Assembly: GCA_963765675.1 (NCBI GenBank)
Contig: CAVXXK010000001.1
Coordinates: 64,001-128,000 of the forward strand
Direction of reading: 5' to 3'
From: an uncultured delta proteobacterium
Lineage (GTDB): Bacteria; Desulfobacterota; Binatia; Binatales; Binataceae
DNA: 64,000 nt
Below the pieces are notes generated by a model that had not been told where the DNA came from, ran no database searches, and saw only the letters and a program-made list of their open reading frames with translations. Positions within the stretch are counted from its first letter, which is position 1. Each line of letters begins with the position of its first letter. This document shows positions 55,789 to 64,000 of the stretch, piece by piece. Made by a program: the position numbers and the translations under genes.

Positions 55789-56364
55789 ATGCGGGGCGAA
55801 ACGTGGGCGAGGGGGCTCGAATCGATGTTCGTCCGCCGCCTGGTGGTGGTCGGAGTACTCGGCATACTAGTGATGATCGGGCTTTTTCTGTCGAACTATT
55901 CCAGCGGAAAGGCCCTCTTTTACTGGTGCGCGATGTTTCCCATCTTCGGCGTAGCCTGCCTCGCACATGAACTGGCGGCAGGGCGCGTATATCAGGTCGC
56001 TCTGTGGCGAATCCTGATGCGCCAGGCGCTTCATTGGGTCGGACCGATAGTTGCGGTGAAAATCCTGTTTATGCAGCATGCACGCGGCCAGATGGCGACC
56101 GACGCGGTAGCTCTAATGGTCATCCTGCTGCTTGCGGTGACCTGTTTTCTCGCCGGCGTTCATTTCGACCGCAGCTTCTACTGGGTCAGTGTATTTCTCG
56201 CGCTTGCGGCGGTGATTGGCACCGAGATCGAAACTTATCTCTGGTTCGCCGTGGTGCTGCTCCTGATCGCAATCGCGATCGCGGTGCTATCGGCGGTCCT
56301 GCTGCGCCGCGGTTCCAAGGCCAGCTCGGTGCCGACCATGCCCGAATCAACTTCGTCGAACTGA
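55789..56364 (+). CDS. Hypothetical multi-TM protein (in frame with the ATPase ORF here)
   Basis: About six TM segments with QALHW and LAGVHFD motifs. Confidence 0.55.
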   Translation: MRGETWARGLESMFVRRLVVVGVLGILVMIGLFLSNYSSGKALFYWCAMFPIFGVACLAHELAAGRVYQVALWRILMRQALHWVGPIVAVKILFMQHARGQMATDAVALMVILLLAVTCFLAGVHFDRSFYWVSVFLALAAVIGTEIETYLWFAVVLLLIAIAIAVLSAVLLRRGSKASSVPTMPESTSSN

Positions 56365-56377
56365 CCAGGATGGCGTG

Positions 56378-57236
56378 ATGCTCAGTATTCGGAAAATTCT
56401 TGTTCCGGTTGTGTTCGCGGACAGTTCGCGCCACGTCGTGCAGCAGGCCGCGTGGTTAGCGCGGCGCCTTCACGCGGAGATGATCCTTCTGCACGTGGTA
56501 ACTCCTCTCAGCTATCCCGCGGGGGTGCTTGAGCGTGGGCACGAGATTACCGCGCGGGACTTCCACGCGCAAATCGTCCAACGGGCCCAGAAAGATCTGG
56601 ATGAGGCGCTGCGGCCGGAGCTTGATGGGATTGCGGTCGCGCGTCTACTGCTCAGAGGCGACCCTGCCCAGGAAATTGTGAAGACGGCTCGCGACCGCAA
56701 TGTGGACCTGGTTGCGATGTCGACTCGTGGCCAAGGGCCGTTTTACCGCTTTCTGATGGGCTCAGTGACGGCGAAGGTACTGCACGAAATTCATTGCCCG
56801 GTCTGGACCGGCGGTCAGCTGGAGGAAGCCCCGGCGCACGAGTTCTCGATTCGCCACGTCCTCTGCTCGGTGGATTTGAGCCCACACTGCCGCCACACCG
56901 TGTCGCTGGCCGCCGAGATGGCCGCCGCCGTTGATGCGACCCTTACGCTCGTCCACATCACGGCCAGTGCGGAGGTCTCGGGGCCCCGGCGGCTCCCACG
57001 AGGACCCGGCGTGGAAGGAGAAGATCGTCGGCTTCGCCGCCGAAGATATCGCCAAGCTTCAGCAGGAGGTGGGCACGAAGGCCGAAGTCATCATCGATAG
57101 CGGCAAGGTTCCAGACTTGTTGAACCGAGCAGCAGAGCAAACGAAGGCTGACGTCCTTGTCATTGGACACATTCCTGGGCGCAGTCATCTGGGTGATAAC
57201 GGCAATGGCTATGGGATCATTCGGAAGTCATGCTGA
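56378..57236 (+). CDS. Tandem universal stress protein (frameshift ~56990)
   Basis: ILVPV.F, GDPAQEI, GSVTAKVL..CPV, then a second domain VLCSVD...ADVLVIG. Confidence 0.85.
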
Positions 57237-57852
57237 TCCCGGTCCTGAGCGTATGAGGACTCTGGCGTTTCAACTGGCGAAATGAGCCGAACACAGAGTC
57301 TGCTACGATGAAATCTCTGATTCGCCCCTTGCGCCAGTACCGAGCATTTTGAGGTCTGAGTGTCGGGAAGGTGACAGAACACCCCAATGAAAGACGCTGA
57401 TAGACGCCTGATCCTGAGCTCCGCCACGTGCGATGAGTCGTGTTCCGTGCCCCGTGGAAGCCGGGTCATTGGTTTGAAAGTAATTCAGGGGGCAAAAAAG
57501 ATACGATCTCGAGGCCATTCTCGACGAGCGGGGATTGAGCCACTGCAAGTTCGCGGCGCTGCTGCTGGTGTCTCATCCCCCCGCCGCCGCCCATTCCTTC
57601 TGGTCACGCTAAGGGGTATCGGTCTTGCACTTCGCCGGCTTCTGCTCGGCCATCAACCGCGGCTTTCCGAATTATTCCGTCCAGGAAGAGAGCGTGCATA
57701 ACGACGTACACTTCCTTCACGAGCCTGACGCTCAGCGGCAGAAGGTTGTGATTATCAACCGGCCCATCTCAGAAAGGTCCGACCAGCTTTTGGGCGCGCT
57801 CATCCACGTATCGGACGCAACTTCGTCCCGACGCCTGAAGGGAGCAGGATGA

Positions 57853-60638
57853 ATGCGCGCGCGAACACTTGTATTTGGTTTCGGGGCGATTTTAATTGGC
57901 GCTCTAGGTCTTGTGGGCCTCACGGACAGTTTGCTCGTCGACCTGCTCTGGTTTACAGTGCTTGGTTACCGAGGGGTGTTTACCGCCACGCTCGGGGCTG
58001 GATCGCGATCTTAATCATCTCTCGGTAGTCGCTTCCTTGGGATTTCGATAAGCGGGATCCTCGCGCTACGATTTCGCCGCGAGCGCGGACCACTTAAGGC
58101 TATCCACCGGAGCGGCGAACCGGCGCAGGTCGATCTGCCGCGAATGATCCGCCGGTTGGGCGACCGCGTGCCGTGGAGATTACTCATTCTTGTGCGGGCG
58201 CTTGCTCGCGCTGTTCGTGGCCGCAACTGAGTCATCGGATTGGCAAGTTTACTTAAAGGGGATCTATGGAGTGCCATTTGCTCTAAAAGATTCGGCTTTC
58301 GGCCTCAAGTATCCTTCTTGGTTTTCCGGCTCCCGTTACTGGAAGAGTTGCGCGATCTGTTTCTTTCGATTTTGGTACTGACAGGTCTGCTGACCGTGGC
58401 GATGTATTGGGCACGCGATACATTCAACTTTCGTGAATCGCCGCCGCGGATTTCCTCTCGTTGCGCGGCCCACCTCTCCCGTGTTGCTGGTCGCAGTTAC
58501 TTTCTTCAGCGCGGATTCAGCTACTTTCTGGAGCGCTACGAGCTCACCCTTCATGGCAATGGCGTGGTTTTCGGTCTGCGCTATGTTTGACCATATTCTG
58601 TGGCAACCGGGTTTATGGCTGCTGGTTGCACTATCGATCGTCGCTGCCGGAATCTGTGTATTGAATCTGCGCGAACGTGGCCTGAGACTTCCGATCGCCG
58701 CCGCCGTCGTTGTATTCGGACCGGCGATCATCCTCAATCTGATGCAACCGATCATCGAACAGTTGTGGGTAAGGCCCGATCAGCTCCGTGTCGAAACACC
58801 CTACCTGATACGCAATATCGGGATGACCCGGCGGGCGTACCAGTTGGACACATTCGATGTGAAGCCCATCGAGGGCTCGGGGACCTCACGCCGGCCTCTC
58901 TTACAGAGGATTCCACGACCATCAAGAACATTCGGTTGTCGGACCTCGCCCGTACCTCACCACATACCGCCAAGTACAAATATCAGTCTCTACGATGATT
59001 TCACAAGCCTCGATATCGACCGCTATTGGTGGGATAGCAACGAGAACGAGGTTATGTTGTCGGCACGGGAACTCAACGTCAGCCTGCTACCCTCCGAAGC
59101 ACAGACCTCAATCGACCGCCATCTTCAAGTTTACCCACGGCTACGGATTGGTAATGAATCCGGTCAACGCCAAAGACCAGCAAGGCTTGCCGGTCCTTTA
59201 TATCAAGATATTCCTCCTCAATCTTCACTCAATCTCGAGGATCATCAAGCCTGGTATCTACTTCGGCCAGGAACCAGACATTTACGCGCTGGTCAAGGCG
59301 CGCACACCCGAACTCGATTATCCACACAGGCAGCGACAATGTTTTCGGCTTAAACAAGGGCGAGTGGCGGTCATTTGCGTGGCCAGCTTCCTGGCGCAGA
59401 ACGGGAACCCTGTTGCCTCCGGCTTGTAGCCTATCGCGACCTCGGTAACCGATTCCCCTCTCATCCTGTCACCCGCAAACTTAAGGATCGTCCAGCCCGG
59501 CACACAAATGGCGTTGTCCCTCCCACCGCTGGCGGGATCCCGCCCACGCGTAGCTCTGGCAATAGCACCATCGCCACAGACCAACCCGTATATGGTCGTG
59601 CATAATGAAGGGTATTGCTCAATATTTGACTGCTATACGACGGCGATCACTTTCCAGAGTCACAGAAAGAAAAAGACCTCGAACAACCATTCCAGTCCAA
59701 AACTCATTTTAAAGCTGTAGTTAACGTTTACACCAGTACAACTGCGTTTTCGGTCGCTGACCGGAAAAATGCATGGTCATTCGGACATGGGAGCAAATTT
59801 ACGGGAGTGTTCAAATCAATGACAATCCATCAGTTTTTCGTGTCCGTATTCGTTACCCTCAGGATTTCTTTCTAATTCAAGCGGAAATGACCAGCACCTA
59901 CCATATGACGGACCCAGAAATGTACCCTACACAACCGCGAAGAATGTTGGCTATGCCACGAGAGAAGCTGCGCGGACCAGAGCATCGCTATAAACACCTT
60001 ATTATGTCATCATGCGCCTCCTTTCCCGGGACAGAAAAACACCGAGTACATCCTGATGCTTCCGATGCGTCCGAAGGGGCGTGACAACGTAAGATACCGT
60101 GGCTGGCGGCTCGCTGTGATAGCGACCGACTATGGCCGTGTTCGTTTTGCGATTTCGAAGGAAAAACCTATCTCAGGTATTATCAAATCCACTGGTTTCA
60201 TGGATAAAAGAAAATGCGGAAATTTCGCAAAAGTATTCCTACTGGAATCAGATGAAATCGAAGGTGATCCTCGGTAATCTTCTGGTCATACCAGTAGAAG
60301 ATGCGTTGCTTTATGTCGAACCGCTGTATATACGCGCGGCGAACGGGCAACTGCCTCAACTTCAGCGTGTGTTGGCCTCGTATCATGGATATACCGTGAT
60401 GGACACCAACCTCGACTCGACCCTCGCCGCGCTATTCACGAATCCAAACCAGGAGGCAGCGGCTGCTATGAAGTCATCAGCACCTCCATCTGCTTTTTCT
60501 GCCAATACTGCCCCGGCCCTACGGGCCGCTGCCGCTCACTATAATCTCGCATTGCAGGCGCTGCGGCGTGGTGATTGGGCGGCACTCGGCGCGGAGGTAA
60601 AGAAGCTTGGACAGTCTCTCGGCCAGCCAACAGAATAA
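57853..60638 (+). pseudogene. UPF0182-family membrane protein, many frameshifts
   Basis: DLLWF..LGY..VF, E.PY...NI..TR.AY.L, FTHGYG, RYPQD.F and GNLLVIP...LLYVEPLY. Confidence 0.8.
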
Positions 60639-60816
60639 ATGCTGGACTGGCAGCCGTGCGATCACCATTTGAGAAGTATAGGAAGTAGTCCAATGGCTAC
60701 GTTGCGGTATCTCAGTCGGTTCTCCACCACGATGTCAAAGACAATAGTATTTTGTCCGAGGAGAGTGTTCCGCACAGAGTGAAAGAGCGGCTACGTCACT
60801 TTGAACGAGGGAAATT

Positions 60817-61692
60817 ATGAACTACCGCAAGAGATTCGTCGTCGAGCCCGGCGCCAAGGTGAGGCTCGGCAAGATTGACCCGGAATTCAAAGACAAGCAC
60901 GAATCGCAGGACCGGGCGATGCCGGAGATCCAGAAGCACGTCGAGCGCATGGCCAAGCTGCAGTATCTGCTGTACGCCGACGGCAACCAGTCCTTGCTGC
61001 TCGTGCTGCAGGCGCTCGACGCCGGCGGCAAGGACGGCGTGGTGCGCCACGTGTTCGCCGCCATGAACCCGCAGGGGACGTCGGCCTTAGTTTCAAACAG
61101 CCGAGTAAGTTCGAAGCCGCGCACGACTTCCTCTGGCGCGCCCACCGGCGCACGCCGGACAAAGGGGAAGTCGTGATCTTCAACCGGTCGCACTATGAGG
61201 ACGTGCTGGTGGTGCGCGTGCACAAGCTGGTGCCGAAGTCGGTGTGGTCGAAGCGTTACGAGCTGATCAATGACTTCGAGAAGATGCTCCACGAAAACGG
61301 CACGCGCATTCTCAAGTTCTATCTCCACATCAGCCCGGAGGAGCAGCTCAAGCGCTTTAAGCAGCGGCTCGATGACCCGATGCGGCACTGGAAAATCAGC
61401 GAGGCCGACTACTCGGAGCGCAAGCTGTGGCCGGACTATATCGAGGCGTACGAGGACGCCATGGAAAGGACGAGCACCAAGCACGCCCCATGGTACGTGA
61501 TCCCGTCCAACCACAAGTGGTTCCGCAACCTGGCCATCTCCGAGATCCTGGCCGACACGCTGGAGGACATGGAGCTTGAAGCTGCCGCCGGCACGGGTGG
61601 ACATTGCGGAAATTCGTCGCAAGTATCACACTGCGGCGGCGCGGCAGGCGCGGCGCGGCAACAAGCCGCCGAAGGCGTCGCACAAGAAGTAG
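60817..61692 (+). CDS. ppk2: Polyphosphate kinase 2 (frameshifts ~61085 and ~61578)
   Basis: [28 protein letters not shown] and APWYVIP. Confidence 0.9.
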
Positions 61693-61715
61693 GCACGCCT
61701 CAACCCAGCGAGCTA

Positions 61716-63455
61716 GTGAACGTGACACACGGAAAGCTGCGGGATAGCGAGCGGTGGCCGTGGCTTTTCGGCGGCATCCGGCCCGTCACCCGTGCGGGAG
61801 CGGTGCGCGACGCGCTGGCTGGCATCACTCTCGCCGCGATGAACGTGCCGCAGGCGCTGGGCTATGCGCGAATCGCCGGAATGCCGGTCGTCACCGGGCT
61901 CTACACTCTACTGCTACCGCTGGTAGCCTTCGCAGGGCTCGGCTCTTCGCGTTACCTGGTGGTGGCGGCGGATTCAGCCACGGCGGCCATCCTAGCGGGC
62001 AGACTGTCACAGATTGCGCCTGTCGCCAGCGAGCATTATGTAGCGCTGGCCGGCTTGGTAGCACTGTTGACGGCAGGATGCTTGCTGCTGGCGCGGTTGT
62101 TCAAACTCGGCTTCCTGGCTGACTTCCTTTCGCAGACGCTGCTGGTGGGCTTTCTCACCGGTGTCGGCTTCCAAGTCGGCATTGCGATGCTTGGCGAGAT
62201 GCTTGGAGTGCCGATCACCTCCAATCGGACGGTTGAGCAGCTCGCGCAGATTGTCCGCGGTTTGCCTCACTTGAATGTTCCGACACTGTGCGTCGCGGTG
62301 GCGGTGTTGGCGATCGTCTTCGTCCTCAACAGGTTTGCGCCGAGCTTTCCCGCGTCGCTCTTCGCGGTCGTTGGGGCTATTGCAGCGAGCGCCGCGTTCG
62401 ACTTCCCCGGGCACGGCATCAGCGTCATCCAAAGAGTCACCGGAGGTCTGCCGCCGATTGGCCTTCCAGATGTGAGCTGGCGGGAAATTCCGCAGTTGCT
62501 CCCCGTCTCGGTCTCTTGCTTCCTGATGATCGTCACGCAGAGCGCCGCCACGGCGCGCGCTTACGCGTTCCGCGACAGCCAAAAACATGACGAGAACACC
62601 GACCTCGTCGGTCTGTCAGCGGCCAACGCGGTCGCCGCGCTCAGCGGCACCTTCGTCGTAAATGGCAGCCCGACGCAGACGGCGATGGTCGAACGCTCCG
62701 GCGGCCACAGCCAGATAGCCCAGCTCGCCACGGCCGCCGTCGTGGCCATCGTGCTCCTCTTCCTGACCGGTCCGCTGCACTATTTGCCCCGGTGTGTGCT
62801 CGGTGCCATCGTTTTTACCATCGCTGTCGGACTCGTCGATGTGCGCGGTTTGCGTGACATCCGGCGCGAGAGCCTTGGTGAGTTCTGGCTGGCGCTGATC
62901 ACCGCCGCGACGGTGGTGGTGATCGGCGTCGAACAGGGCATCCTGCTGGCGATAGGGCTGTCGCTGCTCTGGCACGTGCGCCACAGCTATCAACCGCACA
63001 CCGCCGTGCTCGTCGAGCACAGCGGACAATGGCGGCCGACGCCGGCAGTTCCGGGTGCGCTCAGCGGGCCCGGCCTCGTGATCTTTCAATTCGGGGCAGA
63101 CCTCTTCTATGCCAATGTCGGCCGGTTTGCGGCGGAGGTGCGTGGCCTCGTTGAAGGAGCGGATCCGCCGGTGAAATGGCTGGTAGTCGATGCGGGCGCG
63201 ATCACCAGCATCGATTATTCGGCCGCGCGAATATTGGCGAATCTGCAACAGGATCTAATCCGCCGCCGCATAGCGCTGGTGCTGGTTCACACGGAATCGT
63301 CGCTGCGGGCGGATCTGCACCGCCACCGGCTAGCCGACGTCATCGGCTCCGATCACATTTTCGACACCTTGCGTGAAACGCTCGCCGCGATAAACGAACG
63401 GCGCGTTCGTGTGATGCCCGCGACCAATCCTGTCGAAGAACAGCGACAGCGATGA
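61716..63455 (+). CDS. SulP-family anion transporter with STAS domain
   Basis: [31 protein letters not shown] and FYAN...DYSA. Confidence 0.92.
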   Translation: MNVTHGKLRDSERWPWLFGGIRPVTRAGAVRDALAGITLAAMNVPQALGYARIAGMPVVTGLYTLLLPLVAFAGLGSSRYLVVAADSATAAILAGRLSQIAPVASEHYVALAGLVALLTAGCLLLARLFKLGFLADFLSQTLLVGFLTGVGFQVGIAMLGEMLGVPITSNRTVEQLAQIVRGLPHLNVPTLCVAVAVLAIVFVLNRFAPSFPASLFAVVGAIAASAAFDFPGHGISVIQRVTGGLPPIGLPDVSWREIPQLLPVSVSCFLMIVTQSAATARAYAFRDSQKHDENTDLVGLSAANAVAALSGTFVVNGSPTQTAMVERSGGHSQIAQLATAAVVAIVLLFLTGPLHYLPRCVLGAIVFTIAVGLVDVRGLRDIRRESLGEFWLALITAATVVVIGVEQGILLAIGLSLLWHVRHSYQPHTAVLVEHSGQWRPTPAVPGALSGPGLVIFQFGADLFYANVGRFAAEVRGLVEGADPPVKWLVVDAGAITSIDYSAARILANLQQDLIRRRIALVLVHTESSLRADLHRHRLADVIGSDHIFDTLRETLAAINERRVRVMPATNPVEEQRQR

Positions 63456-63729
63456 ATCCCACGTGCGGCGACCGGCGAGCACTGCCAAAAGCGTGACGAG
63501 CCATTTAGCGATCGAAAACATTCGACTGTGCGCAGGTACTTCCGTACGCTCAGACCCTTGCGCGGCAAGAGTGAGCTTCGCAATCAGTCCCTTAGACCGA
63601 ACAAAGAGTATGTCAAAGACGTGGAGGGTTTTTTCAAATTCTTCGGCTCGTTTCCACAACGGGACTTTCGATGCATCTGCCATGAGGCATCCTCCGAATC
63701 CGCTGATTCATTCCACTTAAATGAGAATT

Positions 63730-63774
63730 TGGTCGGCGGTGCAGGTTTCAAACCTGCGACCCTCGGCTTGTAAG
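63730..63774 (-). other. tRNA-Val(TAC) 3' fragment, att-like
   Basis: Minus strand CTTACAA-GCCGA-GGGTC-GCAGG-TTTGAAA-CCTGC-ACCGCCG-A-CCA; no 5' half present. Confidence 0.75.
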
Positions 63775-64000
63775 AAAACGTAGCGATAGCCTGCGCGCCG
63801 TCAGCAAGGTTTTCTCCGAGCTCTAACGGCATCGCAGCGGCACGCGCACCGTATACGTTTTTGTGACCAGAATTGGCCTCGAGCGGCCAATCCGGGAGGC
63901 GACAGGGCCGGGAGGAACCTAAGGTTTTATTGGCTCTTTTGGCTGATTAGTCAAACAGCCCGGTTTTGAACGCCGGCGTTCAGACTGGGCTATATCGGCC

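Noticed and set aside
55600-56364. C-terminal fusion of the H+-ATPase to a membrane protein
   Set aside because: The linker looks non-coding with out-of-frame stops and starts nearby; cannot be trusted in this indel-rich region
61173-63455. Ppk2-SulP fusion protein
   Set aside because: One indel near 61578 restores a normal Ppk2 tail ending at TAG 61690-61692, before a separate SulP

Overview
The window is high-GC bacterial DNA in three parts. (1) 1-17.6 kb is core chromosome: Lon protease, a small hydrolase/Fe-S operon, a tetrapyrrole operon (sirC-ccsA-hemA-hemC-cobA/hemD-hemB) and a tRNA-Asn(GTT). A lower-GC GxxExxY nuclease-family gene bracketed by 27-bp inverted repeats sits between two convergent genes there. 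(2) 17.7-26.65 kb is a compact integrative mobilizable element at tRNA-Asn. It carries a tyrosine integrase whose ORF reads antisense through the whole tRNA, xis, a MobF relaxase, a coupling protein, an RHH protein, DUF2274, a lone VirB2/TrbC pilin, an ImmA-like protease and an XRE repressor. A palindrome GCTAYRTAGC recurs upstream of three of its genes. (3) 26.9-63.7 kb is accessory DNA full of frameshifts and homopolymer artefacts. It holds sugar/fermentation genes (GH15, xfp, fba, tpi, GH144, and relics of ackA/gap/gnd/zwf) and a decaheme-porin-monoheme-tetraheme (MtrAB/MtoAB-CymA-like) electron conduit. It also holds Crp/Fnr, ClC, a P-type H+-ATPase with a DUF2934/pentapeptide N-extension, USP, UPF0182, Ppk2 and SulP, and ends at a tRNA-Val 3' fragment. 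Sequence quality drops sharply after ~26.65 kb, so many frameshifts there are probably read errors and the backbone-cargo junction is unverified. All family calls come from motif recognition by eye; no database searches were run.
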